64,000 bases of DNA from Nitrospinales bacterium (GCA_965263085.1 OZ253582.1:2049135-2113134), one strand, 5' to 3'. Positions 19,444 through 30,248 are shown, counted from the stretch's first letter. Translations and numbers: made by a program. The notes: generated by a model not told the origin, from the sequence alone.

Positions 19444-19487
19444 CTGGATGATTTCTCCTAATTACACGTTTGTGTTTTGACTATACG

Positions 19488-21260
19488 TCAATGGGTTAAG
19501 GCTAAATGCATTTCCCGGAGTTGCTCTTGTAGTTCCTGCGACCGCTCTACTTGTCCGGCTTTGGTGGCATTGAGACGTTGCAACTTAAGATCCTTGATTT
19601 TTGATTTAAGGTGAATGTTTTTAAATTTTCCGACGCAGTCCTTAATGGTTCGTTCGGGTGTGTCAAACTCTACTGCTTCCAGCCCTAGTTGGGATAAAAT
19701 ATTTCTGATCTCGGGCTCTTCGGTCTGGTCTAACAGTTGGTCAATTTTTAGATCCTCACCGGCATTGATTTTTCGCTGACAGGTTTGGACGATGGCTCTT
19801 AAAGCAGGGTCTGAAAATTCTTCAGGAGTTACTTGCAATAGAATGATCTTGGCCGTTTTCTTATCGGAAAGAATCAGGTGAACTAAATATTTTTCCAAGT
19901 TTAAAAGTGGGGCCAGTGCATTTTCCGTTTCGGCCAGCCGAGGCCGATTTCTGGAAAGCGCCTTACTTAGTTCCTTTAAAAAAGTTCGGTCATCAATATT
20001 GGCTTTGGAAGTAAATTTTTCCAACCAGAGGGACCGTTCCACCGTGTTTTTAATTTTTGCCAGCAATGGAAGAATTTGGTTGGCCATTTTGACTCTATCC
20101 TCAGGGCTCTTGCCCGGAGATTCTTGAACCAGTGCGTCAATATAGGATTCCATAAAAGGCTTAGCGTCGCAGATTTTTTTCAGAAAAGTTCTCACGCCCT
20201 GTTCGTGGATGAACGAGTCCGGGTCTTGGCCTTCGGGCAGGACAACGATTTTTACATTCAGCCCATGTTCGAGTAGGGTATCAAATCCTTTTTCTGAGGC
20301 AGATCGGCCGGCGGAGTCGGAATCGAAAACCAGGATGACAGTTTCCGCGTGGTTCCGCAATATCCCCGCCTGTTTGGCGGTCAGCGCAGTTCCGCAGGTT
20401 GCGACCACATGCTCAATGCCATGTTGTACTGCTCGCATCTGGTCGAAATAGCCTTCAACCAGAATGACCTGGTTTTCCCGGCGAATCGCCTGTTTTGCCT
20501 GATCCATACCGAAAAGCGTTTCGCTCTTTTTGTAGAGAAGGGTTTCGGGAGAATTGAGGTATTTGGGCTGGTCTTCATCGGTAATGCCACGCCCTCCAAA
20601 CCCGATGATATTTCCGTGAATATCTTTGATCGGGAAAATAACCCGATTACGAAAACGGTCATAGGCCGTGGAGCTGTCTTCTTTCCTGATGATTAACCCG
20701 GATTGCAGGAGTTGTTCCTGATCGACGGAGCTTTTCTGTCGGAAATGAGCCAGCAGGTCTTTCCAGGTCGGTGCCGCCCAGCCTATACGGTATCGTTCCA
20801 GAGTGTCGGCACCAAAATGTCGGGACGTTAAATAATTCCTTGCGCCCAGTCCGTCCTCCGGGTTTTTCAATAAAGACTGGAAGTATCGTGTTGCGGCCTC
20901 ATTGAGTTTTCTTAACGCGTCCCGCTCTTTTTGTCTAGGGTCAGTGGAATGGTCCGAAGCATTTCGAGGCAGGGGAACGCCCGCACGCTCGGCTAAAATT
21001 TTAATGGCTTCCGGAAAGGCAATGCTCTGGAATTCCATGAGGAATTTAAAAATACTACCTCCGGTGTTACAACCAAAGCAGTAGTAAATGCGCTTTTCTG
21101 GGTTGACTGAAAAAGACGGTGTTTTTTCAGAATGAAAGGGGCAAAGTCCCTTATAGTTCTTGCCCGCTTTTTTCAGCACGACATGATCTGAAATTACCGC
21201 AACGATATCGGTGCGGTCGCGAATCTCATCAATGATATGATCTGGAATAGGAGTTTTCAA
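19488..21260 (-). CDS. dnaG: DNA primase DnaG
   Basis: Zinc-binding CPFHSEKTPSFSVNPEKRIYYCFGC, the RNA polymerase core and a TOPRIM domain (VILVEGYFD ... VFDSDSAG). Confidence 0.95.
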   Translation of the reverse strand: MKTPIPDHIIDEIRDRTDIVAVISDHVVLKKAGKNYKGLCPFHSEKTPSFSVNPEKRIYYCFGCNTGGSIFKFLMEFQSIAFPEAIKILAERAGVPLPRNASDHSTDPRQKERDALRKLNEAATRYFQSLLKNPEDGLGARNYLTSRHFGADTLERYRIGWAAPTWKDLLAHFRQKSSVDQEQLLQSGLIIRKEDSSTAYDRFRNRVIFPIKDIHGNIIGFGGRGITDEDQPKYLNSPETLLYKKSETLFGMDQAKQAIRRENQVILVEGYFDQMRAVQHGIEHVVATCGTALTAKQAGILRNHAETVILVFDSDSAGRSASEKGFDTLLEHGLNVKIVVLPEGQDPDSFIHEQGVRTFLKKICDAKPFMESYIDALVQESPGKSPEDRVKMANQILPLLAKIKNTVERSLWLEKFTSKANIDDRTFLKELSKALSRNRPRLAETENALAPLLNLEKYLVHLILSDKKTAKIILLQVTPEEFSDPALRAIVQTCQRKINAGEDLKIDQLLDQTEEPEIRNILSQLGLEAVEFDTPERTIKDCVGKFKNIHLKSKIKDLKLQRLNATKAGQVERSQELQEQLREMHLALTH

Positions 21261-21345
21261 AATAGCGTTGCTTGGAAAAAGCCAGTTTGATAAGGCCCAG
21301 TATAAATTTTTTTATCAGGGATGGCAGGTTTTTAACCCGCCGATA

Positions 21346-21789
21346 TTAATTCAAAAACTCACCTGCCAGACCTTTGATCTGGCAGGTGTCTGCTTTGCCC
21401 TTGAACTCGGGAACCAGAACCTTCATGATTTTGCCGAAATCTTTCATTCCCTTGGCTCCGGTTTCTGTAATTACTTCCTGAATCCGTTTGCGCAAATCCT
21501 TTTCAGAGGCTTGTTCCGGCAAATAGGCCTGCAGAATTGCAAACTCCTGGTCTTCCTTTTCCATCAAATCAGCACGTCCTCCTTGCTTAAAAAGAGCAGA
21601 CGCCTCTTTTCTTTTTTTCACCTCACGGGTAACCAGAGAGAGAATATCTTCTTCCTGTAGTTCTCTGCGAAGGTCGATTTCCTGGTTTTTGATGGTGGAA
21701 ATTAGGCTACGGATGGTGTTGAGCCTGAGCGAGTCCTTGGACCTTAGGGCCTCCTTCATATTTGCAAGGAGTTTGCCCTTTAAAGTCAT
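21346..21789 (-). CDS. yqeY: GatB/YqeY domain protein
   Basis: 147 aa. LKEALRSKDSLRLNTIRSLISTIKN ... is typical of the YqeY family. It lies directly upstream of dnaG-rpoD, and no rpsU is seen in the 300 bp upstream. Confidence 0.85.
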   Translation of the reverse strand: MTLKGKLLANMKEALRSKDSLRLNTIRSLISTIKNQEIDLRRELQEEDILSLVTREVKKRKEASALFKQGGRADLMEKEDQEFAILQAYLPEQASEKDLRKRIQEVITETGAKGMKDFGKIMKVLVPEFKGKADTCQIKGLAGEFLN

Positions 21790-22093
21790 GAATTTATTCC
21801 ATTAAACAAGATAGAGAATATAATGACCCACACAGGTTTTGTCAATAGCTGAGGGAGGGAAACTAAGAAAATACTGCAGAAACACAGAAAAATACTACCT
21901 AATCTATTTAAAAAAAATTATTTATGTTTATGGCGGGTGTTGCTTCCTTAATTATGGTAACTCTTTTTATACCTAAAACCGCCGTATTCTCTCATTTTTC
22001 TCCAGTTTTTGGTGATATTTTTTAAGTTTGGTTCATTTTTCCTGCCGGATAAAAATGGCTGGGAACTGATGGGGTTTTGAAATACCACCTAGC

Positions 22094-23269
22094 CTAATAA
22101 ATCAGATATTCCTGTCTGAGCGATAAAAAGGAGGCTAATTCTTCCTGCCATGAATTTTCTAGCCTTTCGAGAGAAAAATCGGAGTCGAAAAGGGATTCAC
22201 GCAGTTTCTCGTTACCGTATAAGAGGTCGATGGCCAAGCGATCGCTGACGAACTCATAGGGTTCGGTTCGCCATTGTAACTGGTCGAAACAAATTTCAGC
22301 AATGGCGCGGAGCAACGTCAGGGTGGTGAGCAGGGGTTTGAATCGGTGCCGGTTGGTGACATGGAACTGGAGTCCGGCGCAAACTTCTCCTGCGTGTTTC
22401 TGAAAAATGGGTTTGAAATATTGCGGACGGAAAAACACACCGGGAAGAAGATGTTTTTCAAGCTGTACGGACAATTTGTTTGGGTCGATGAAAGGAGCGC
22501 CGATTTGCTCGAAGGGCAGGGTGGTGCCGCGTCCTTCTGAAAGCAGGGTTCCTTCAATCAGGCACATTCCCGGATAGACAATAGCAGTTGCTAGGGTCGG
22601 CATATTGGGCGATGGCGGTATCCAGACCATGCCAGTCTGGTCATACCACATTTCCCGGCTCCAGCCAGTCATGGGTACGACTTTCAAGTCACAATGAATA
22701 CTTTCGTTGAACAGGTGAGCGAGTTCGCCCACTGTCATTCCATGGCGGTTGGGCAGGGGGTATTGCCCAACAAAGGAATGCCAGGTTTTTCCCACGAGGT
22801 TGCCTTCTACTGAAGTTCCGTTAATGGGATTGGGACGGTCGCAAACCACCATCCGCACCCCGGCCTCTTTGCAGATAGTCATGCAGTTGGCCATTGTATA
22901 AATAAAGGTGTAGTAACGCGCGCCGACATCCTGAATATCAAAAACCAGATTATCAATGTCCTCCAATAACGCCGGATCTGGAACCAGAGATGCCTCATTT
23001 GTTCCATATAGGCTTTTTATGTTGAGGCCAGAAAGCGGGTCGACCTCGTCGGTAATATGGACCATATCCTGTGCCGTGCCATACAGCCCATGTTCTGGCG
23101 CGAACAAGGCTTGTAAACTGAAACCTGAATGAGATTTAAAATGTGAGATGGAGTGCCTGCCATCGCTAGCTAGGCTGGTATGGTTGACGATCAGGCCAAT
23201 GGTCTTACCCTTTAAATATTTTTTTGGCTGGGCGAGTAAATGGTCGATTCCTGCAACGGTTCGGGTCAT
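22094..23269 (-). CDS. DUF1343 family protein (exo-beta-N-acetylmuramidase NamZ-like)
   Basis: GIDHLL...GKTIGLIVNHTS...D ... FAPEHG ... DIQDVGARYYTFIYTM is the DUF1343 signature. I preferred the ATG at 23269 to the TTG at 23317, which would overlap glgC. Confidence 0.8.
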   Translation of the reverse strand: MTRTVAGIDHLLAQPKKYLKGKTIGLIVNHTSLASDGRHSISHFKSHSGFSLQALFAPEHGLYGTAQDMVHITDEVDPLSGLNIKSLYGTNEASLVPDPALLEDIDNLVFDIQDVGARYYTFIYTMANCMTICKEAGVRMVVCDRPNPINGTSVEGNLVGKTWHSFVGQYPLPNRHGMTVGELAHLFNESIHCDLKVVPMTGWSREMWYDQTGMVWIPPSPNMPTLATAIVYPGMCLIEGTLLSEGRGTTLPFEQIGAPFIDPNKLSVQLEKHLLPGVFFRPQYFKPIFQKHAGEVCAGLQFHVTNRHRFKPLLTTLTLLRAIAEICFDQLQWRTEPYEFVSDRLAIDLLYGNEKLRESLFDSDFSLERLENSWQEELASFLSLRQEYLIY

Positions 23270-23285
23270 TGGGTTTTGTAGAGGG

Positions 23286-24526
23286 TTAGAGAAATTTAAA
23301 GCCTTTGGGAATGACAATGATATTAGATTCTTTATCGACGAAAAAACGTCTCTTGTCCTGTTTCAGGTCATAGCCCACCGTGGTGTTGGGAGGAACCTTA
23401 ACATCCTTGTCGATGATAGCCATATTGATTTTACAACTCTTGCCAATTTTTACCCGATCCATCAACAAAGAGTTGACGATCGCCGCACCACTGTCAATGC
23501 TGACTTCGCGACCAATCACAGAGTCCTGCACAATTCCTCCGCTAATGATACTCCCTTCGGCAACGATGCTGTTGACAGCTTGTCCCCGGCGTCCGTCCTC
23601 ATTAAAGACGAACTTGGCTGGTGGCGTTCCGTAGCTTGCGGTTTTATGGGCCAGTTTTTATTGTAAAGATTGAATTCGGGTTTGATATTTCTCAAATCCA
23701 TATTGGCTTCCCAGAATGCCTTGATGGTTCCGACATCCCGCCAATAGCCAATTTCTTTGCGGGTGATGCCGGGTATACGGTTTCTGCGAAAATCGTAAGC
23801 GAATACTCTGGACTTATTGAAGGCCCGGGGCAGTATGTCTTTGCCGAAATCGTGAGAGGATTCCACATCTACCGCATCATTGTAGAGCATTTCAATCAAA
23901 ACATCTTTGTTGAACAGGTAGTTGCCCATGGAAGCGAAGGCTTCATCGGGTCTGCCGTGGATGGGTCTCGGGCGTTTGGGTTTTTCCTTAAATCCTGTGA
24001 CTCTCTGTTTTTCCTGTACCTGAATAACTTCCAAGGAAGAAGCTTCTTTAAGAGGTACGGACAGGGCAGAGATGGTGAGGTCGGCTCGCTTTTGCACATG
24101 AAAGTCGATCATTTGCCGCAGGTCCATGCGGTAGATATGGTCGGCGCCAAAGACGGCAATGAGGTCAAAGTCACCACTCTCTATCAGGTTGATGTTCTGG
24201 TAAATGGCATCCGCCGTGCCACGGTACCAGCTGTCACCTGTACGCTTTTGCGCAGGGACAGGGAGAATGAAATGGTCACGCAGGATGGAACTGAGGCGCC
24301 AGCTTTCCTGCAAATGTTCGGCCAGGGACTGGGACTTGAATTGGGTCAGAACGTAAATGGAATAGATTCTGGAGTTTATGAAATTGCTTAGGGCAAAATC
24401 AACCAGCCGATATTTCCCGCCAAAAGGGACAGCGGCTTTGGCATGTTGCTGGGTGAGCGGGTACAGTCGACTGCCCTCGCCGCCGGCAAGAATCATTCCA
24501 AGGACTTTTTTTATTGAACCGGCCAT
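23286..24526 (-). pseudogene. glgC: Glucose-1-phosphate adenylyltransferase GlgC, split by a 1-nt frameshift
   Basis: The N-terminal 336-aa ORF (GMILAGGEGSRLYPLT...KAAVPFGGKYRLVDF) stays GlgC-like up to NKNWPIK and is then out of frame. The +1 frame continues TASYGTPPAKFVFNEDGRRGQAVNSIVAEGSIISGGIVQDSVIG... to the stop at 23286. The shift occurs at the A4 run (coding strand), plus-strand T4 at 23642-23645. Confidence 0.85.
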
Positions 24527-24608
24527 TGTTCATGCCTCCCTTGTTAGAGGGATCGCTAATTTAGCGATTTTGATGCTATTACTAAAACCTCGCACTGTCA
24601 ACTGACAC

Positions 24609-24640
24609 AAAAAAACCGGCCCCCGTGAAAGAGGCCGGTT
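24609..24640 (-). terminator. Rho-independent terminator of groEL
   Basis: AACCGGCC-N11-GGCCGGTT is an 8-bp stem. On the minus strand it is followed by a T7 tract (plus-strand A-run 24609-24615), 30 nt after the groEL stop. Confidence 0.75.
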
Positions 24641-24670
24641 TGATTTTTGCGACAAATGCGAGAGGGGGAA

Positions 24671-26380
<1,710 letters not shown>

Positions 26381-26427
26381 TTAAGAGATGTGAATAATTC
26401 TTTCATTAAATAAATTTGGATGGAAAC

Positions 26428-26715
26428 TTAACCTACTATCGCAAGAACATCATCTTCACGCATCAACAGGAAATCTTCTCCGTCAAATTTAATTTCTGTT
26501 CCGCCGTATTTGCTGTAAAGAACTTTGTCGCCGACTTTCACTTCCAATTTGACCGGTTTGCCGTCATCACCTACTTTGCCTTTACCCACAGCTTTTACAC
26601 GGCCTTCGATAGGTTTTTCCTTGGCCGAGTCAGGAATGATGATTCCGCTTTTTCGGACTTCTTTTTCCAGAATAGGTTGAACCAGAATACGGTCGTGCAA
26701 TGGTTGGATTTTCAT
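26428..26715 (-). CDS. groES: Co-chaperonin GroES
   Basis: [19 protein letters not shown]...[17 protein letters not shown] is canonical GroES. Confidence 0.97.
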   Translation of the reverse strand: MKIQPLHDRILVQPILEKEVRKSGIIIPDSAKEKPIEGRVKAVGKGKVGDDGKPVKLEVKVGDKVLYSKYGGTEIKFDGEDFLLMREDDVLAIVG

Positions 26716-26866
26716 ATAGGCTCCTTAAAAAAATGTTAAACTCTGATTAAATGTTGAAGAAAAGGCTGATTTTACTTAAATCTACCCGAATAAAATCATT
26801 AATCTATTGAATTTAAAGACCTTGACCCGTTAGATCGAGAGAAGGCTTGGCCTGAAATTTGTATAA

Positions 26867-26893
26867 TTGGCACTCTTTAGGCATGAGTGCTGA
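26867..26893. promoter_or_regulatory. CIRCE operator (HrcA binding site) of groESL
   Basis: TTGGCACTC-N9-GAGTGCTGA compared with the consensus TTAGCACTC-N9-GAGTGCTAA has 2 mismatches and a perfect 9-nt spacer. It lies about 150 nt upstream of groES, immediately downstream of a minus-strand -10 element. Confidence 0.8.
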
Positions 26894-26894
26894 T

Positions 26895-26925
26895 ATTATA
26901 TAAAACCCCAATATTTAAAAAGCAA
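26895..26925 (-). promoter_or_regulatory. Putative sigma70 promoter of groESL
   Basis: The minus strand reads TTGCTT (26925-26920), a 17-19-nt spacer, then TATATAAT (-10 TATAAT at 26900-26895). CIRCE starts 2 nt downstream. Confidence 0.45.
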
Positions 26926-26963
26926 GGTCTTCTCTGAAAAAAAACGAAAAAACTGCCAATATT

Positions 26964-27362
26964 ATGAAAAATACTGATAAAAAAAAGGTGTTACAGATTG
27001 AAACGTTTCCAAACCCATTTCCAGGAAAGGATTATGCCATTGAAATGGAGTGTCCAGAGTTCACCTGTTTGTGTCCCAAAACCGGGCAGCCGGACTTTGC
27101 CACCCTGTATATTAGTTATATCCCGGATAAATTGTGCCTGGAACTAAAATCGTTGAAGATTTATCTGGTTTCGTATCGTAATGAAGGCGGGTTTCACGAA
27201 AAGGTGACCAATATAATTTTGGATGACCTCGTGTCGGCGTGTCAGCCGCGAAAAATGAAAATTGTTGGGGATTTTAACGTGCGTGGAGGAATCCATACCA
27301 CGGTTACGGTGGAACACCTAGCTAAAAAATCTTCTGCTCGCCGAAGAGGTAGTGTGCAATAA
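26964..27362 (+). CDS. queF: NADPH-dependent 7-cyano-7-deazaguanine (preQ0) reductase, type I
   Basis: 132 aa with the catalytic Cys in [15 protein letters not shown] and the QueF motif E(S/L)KS(L/F)K(I/L)Y ([10 protein letters not shown]). Confidence 0.9.
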   Translation: MKNTDKKKVLQIETFPNPFPGKDYAIEMECPEFTCLCPKTGQPDFATLYISYIPDKLCLELKSLKIYLVSYRNEGGFHEKVTNIILDDLVSACQPRKMKIVGDFNVRGGIHTTVTVEHLAKKSSARRRGSVQ

Positions 27363-27379
27363 CTCATTGAGCCGAGAAT

Positions 27380-27763
27380 ATGGTTGCTGACAGTAAAAAG
27401 CTATTGCAAGTTGCCAGCGGAGGTATTCCGCTACAACGAACGGGTGAATGTCATTCCTGCGGGGAGTGCTGCAAGACGGTCAATATTGCCGTTGTTCGGG
27501 ACATCACACGTCAGCAACATGGTAGCCTGAAAGAATTGGAGCTTTATTTACCTTATCGGGGAATCCGAGCTGTCGGTTCGGACAGAAAGAGAAACCAACT
27601 TTATTACTCTATCGATGTTCCGTGCAAGGAACTGACTCCGGATAACCAGTGCCGTGTTCATGATAGCCTCAGAAAACCTTTCATTTGCCGCCAGTTTCCT
27701 TCTTCTAAAGAGGGATATAACATGGGCCAACTAGCAATAGTTATTTTTTGGTTTTGCCGTTGA
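27380..27763 (+). CDS. YkgJ-family cysteine-cluster protein (UPF0153)
   Basis: The N-terminal CHSCGECC motif plus a distal C...C (VPCKEL...NQCRVH...FICRQFP) are typical of the YkgJ zinc/iron-chelating family. Confidence 0.6.
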   Translation: MVADSKKLLQVASGGIPLQRTGECHSCGECCKTVNIAVVRDITRQQHGSLKELELYLPYRGIRAVGSDRKRNQLYYSIDVPCKELTPDNQCRVHDSLRKPFICRQFPSSKEGYNMGQLAIVIFWFCR

Positions 27764-27819
27764 TGGCAGGTAAGGCCACTGTGAAGCAGATGCCTTTCTT
27801 GGGCTGGTTTTGGGCTTGA

Positions 27820-28389
27820 ATGGTTCCACTATTGAAAAAAAGTGTCTTATTTTTTTGTTTCTGGAAAGGCGGGTTTTTAGGAGTTCTAAAAAATTCTGTT
27901 ATAATCTTGCATTTGGATCGAGTTATGGGGCAGCGATTTATTGAAAATGGCAACAGGACGATAAAAGACGTTCATACGGGTTTGGTTTGGCAGGAGAGCT
28001 ACGCCTATATCGAGACAGGCAATAATATCAGTTGGTACGATGCCCAAGACTATATCAGCAAGCTAAACCGGGAAAAACTGGGAGGCCATGAAGATTGGCG
28101 CCTGCCGGGTCGGCTTGAAATCCAAAGCCTCTATGAGATTGCCAAGCCTTTCCAGTCACGCGGAAAAACATTCATTCTTCATATTGATCCTATTTTTGAA
28201 TTCAGTTACGGTAGTTGCTTTTGGACCAGCAAGACACGGCTATCTGCGGCACTTGGTTTTGAGTTTGACATGGGGGACATTCACTGGTATCCGAAAGGGA
28301 GCCTTAAAGGAACGGTTCGAGCCGTACGGAATGATTGGCGATCCCGGTTGATGATTGACCCAGACTGGGCAGAAAAAAACAAAGGTTGA
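27820..28389 (+). CDS. DUF1566 (Lcl C-terminal-like) domain protein
   Basis: IKDVHTGLVWQ ... SWYDAQDYISKLN...GGHEDWRLPGRLEIQSLY is the DUF1566 signature. The start is uncertain. ATG 27820 gives a hydrophobic N-terminus. ATG 27925 (MGQRF) lies downstream of a TTAGGA-N17-TATAAT promoter-like element. Confidence 0.6.
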   Translation: MVPLLKKSVLFFCFWKGGFLGVLKNSVIILHLDRVMGQRFIENGNRTIKDVHTGLVWQESYAYIETGNNISWYDAQDYISKLNREKLGGHEDWRLPGRLEIQSLYEIAKPFQSRGKTFILHIDPIFEFSYGSCFWTSKTRLSAALGFEFDMGDIHWYPKGSLKGTVRAVRNDWRSRLMIDPDWAEKNKG

Positions 28390-28401
28390 TAATAAAAAAA
28401 T

Positions 28402-28683
28402 ATGGATGAGCAACAATTCAAGGTTGAAAAAGCTAAGGCACGAAAGCTTCGCCAGTCGCAGTGGTGGAAGGAAAAAATCCAGAATGGGGTTTGCCATTAT
28501 TGTGGAGGTCGGTTCACGGCGGAAGAGTTGACGATGGACCATATTGTCCCCATCTCCCGTGGTGGAAGAAGTAAGCGCGGGAATCTGGTGCCCGCATGTA
28601 AAAAATGCAATGTGAATAAAAAGTACTATACCCCGGCAGAGATCATCCTTCGTGAAAAATTAGGCCAGGATATTCAATTTTAA
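28402..28683 (+). CDS. Small stand-alone HNH endonuclease
   Basis: 93 aa. CHYCGGRFTAEELTMDHIVPISRGGRSKRGNLVPACKKCNVNK is a complete CxxC...H-N-H...CxxC beta-beta-alpha-metal core. Confidence 0.8.
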   Translation: MDEQQFKVEKAKARKLRQSQWWKEKIQNGVCHYCGGRFTAEELTMDHIVPISRGGRSKRGNLVPACKKCNVNKKYYTPAEIILREKLGQDIQF

Positions 28684-28738
28684 AGCTTGGGTGGTGGATG
28701 CCCGAAACGCCGCTTCAAAAACTTCTTCCAATTAATTC

Positions 28739-30235
28739 ATGCGAATTCTTTTAGATGTGGATTGCCTGATTCAGGCATCAGAAAATTTAGCGGATTCGGT
28801 AGTGTTAAACTTGTGCCGTCAGAAGCGTTGTCAGGGCTGGGTGGTATCGACCTCTATTCCTGCCATTTTGCAGGAGGCAGGAGAGCAAAATGTCCGATCT
28901 CTTTTGCGAGATTTAGCTGTTTTGACTCCCACGGCTCATGATATCAATCTGGCTCTCGGCTCTGAAAAATCTTTTGCGCAAGCCTTGGTGATACGTCTGG
29001 TGGAGGCCAGCGGGTTAGACGCGGTGGTTACCCTTTCCCCCGAGAACTTTTCCGGCTTAACAGCCCTGACTCCAGGTCAGTTGCAGGAAAAACTGGATGC
29101 CTTTCCTGAGCCGATTCAGGAAGTCCGTTTGCTGGATATCACTGCCTCGTATCACCAGATATTAAATGAAGTGGAAGGGGAGATGGCGGCAACAATTCGA
29201 TCGGGGCATTTTATCCTTGGTCCTAAAGTTTCCCGGCTGGAAGAGAGGGTGGCAGATTATTGCCAGACTAAATATGCTGTTGGAGTTTCATCCGGGACCG
29301 ATGCGTTACTGATTGCGTTGATGGCTTTGGAGATTGGCCCGGGTGATGAAGTGATTACCTCTGCCTATACATTTTTTGCGACAGCAGGTTCTATCATTCG
29401 TGCCGGAGCCAAACCAGTTTTTGTGGATATCAATGATATTACTTTCAATATTAAACCTGAACATATTGAGCGTTGTATCACTCCGAATACCAAAGCTATT
29501 ATCCCGGTGCACCTTTACGGGCAGTGTTCGGATATGGACCCTATCCTCCAACTTGCTGGGGGAAAGGGGCTTGCGGTGATTGAAGATGCTGCGCAGGCGA
29601 TTGGTTCTGAGTACAAGGGCAGACGGGCAGGTTCAATAGGAGATATGGGATGTTTCTCGTTTTTTCCTGCAAAAAACCTTGGAGGCTTTGGCGATGGAGG
29701 GCTGGTGACCACTAACTCCGAAGAACTTTATAAGCAGTTAAAAATTCTCAGGGTTCATGGTTCGGAACCGAAGTATTACCATAAAGTGATGGGAGGAAAC
29801 TTTCGTCTTGATGCTCTACAGGCGGATGTGGTGAATGCTAAGCTGAATTTTCTGGAAGACTGGACCGAGAAAAGAAGAAAAAACGCGCAAACCTATCATC
29901 AATTATTTAAAGATTCTGCGTTGACTCCGTTCGTTCAACTGCCTCCTGAAGTGTTTTCCCGCCATGTTTATAACCAGTATGTCATCCGCGTGGGAAGCCG
30001 CCGGGATGAACTCAGAACCTTTCTGAATGAAAAGCGGATCGAGTGTGAAGTTTATTATCCTATTCCGCTTCACCTTCAGGACTGTTTCAAATTCTTAGGC
30101 TATAAAAGCGGTGACATCCCTGAATCCGAAAAAGCTGCAGGAGAGACCCTAGCGCTTCCCATATCTCATGAAGTCAATCGATTTCAGCAGGAATATGTTG
30201 TTGCGATGATCTACCGATTTTTTCTGGGTGAGTGA
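28739..30235 (+). CDS. PIN-like N-terminal domain fused to a DegT/DnrJ/EryC1/StrS PLP-dependent sugar aminotransferase
   Basis: Residues from about 130 to 498 are a full DegT-type enzyme (LDITASYHQI..., GVSSGTDALLIAL, IEDAAQAIG, and the PLP-Lys in SFFPAKNLGGFGDGG). Residues 1 to about 125 (MRILLDVDCLI ... ASGLDAVVTLSPENF) resemble a PIN fold. No stop separates the two parts. Confidence 0.75.
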   Translation: MRILLDVDCLIQASENLADSVVLNLCRQKRCQGWVVSTSIPAILQEAGEQNVRSLLRDLAVLTPTAHDINLALGSEKSFAQALVIRLVEASGLDAVVTLSPENFSGLTALTPGQLQEKLDAFPEPIQEVRLLDITASYHQILNEVEGEMAATIRSGHFILGPKVSRLEERVADYCQTKYAVGVSSGTDALLIALMALEIGPGDEVITSAYTFFATAGSIIRAGAKPVFVDINDITFNIKPEHIERCITPNTKAIIPVHLYGQCSDMDPILQLAGGKGLAVIEDAAQAIGSEYKGRRAGSIGDMGCFSFFPAKNLGGFGDGGLVTTNSEELYKQLKILRVHGSEPKYYHKVMGGNFRLDALQADVVNAKLNFLEDWTEKRRKNAQTYHQLFKDSALTPFVQLPPEVFSRHVYNQYVIRVGSRRDELRTFLNEKRIECEVYYPIPLHLQDCFKFLGYKSGDIPESEKAAGETLALPISHEVNRFQQEYVVAMIYRFFLGE

Positions 30236-30248
30236 GTCAGAACGAGGT

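Noticed and set aside
21790-22093. An expected rpsU (S21) gene upstream of yqeY-dnaG-rpoD
   Set aside because: No basic small ORF is visible on either strand of this AT-rich 300-bp spacer. rpsU is simply not at this locus.
23621-24391. A 256-aa ORF on the plus strand
   Set aside because: It lies entirely antisense to the well-supported glgC coding region. It has no recognisable motif and low-complexity composition, as is typical of shadow ORFs.
26893-26932. Possible preQ1-I riboswitch upstream of queF (ACCCCAATATTTAAAAAGCAAGG resembles the ACCCC...AAAAAACUAAGG tail)
   Set aside because: The only possible P1 helix is a 5-bp all-A/T stem (ATATT/AATAT). No loop-tail pseudoknot pairing can be drawn. 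The A-rich tail ends 30 nt before the queF ATG, so it would not sequester an RBS. The segment also doubles as the groESL promoter on the other strand. It needs a covariance-model scan before any claim.
28687-28941. An 84-aa plus-strand ORF upstream of, and overlapping, the PIN-like::DegT start
   Set aside because: It is in a different frame from the long ORF and its product is Gly/Cys/Arg-rich with no motif. The long frame shows better coding character.
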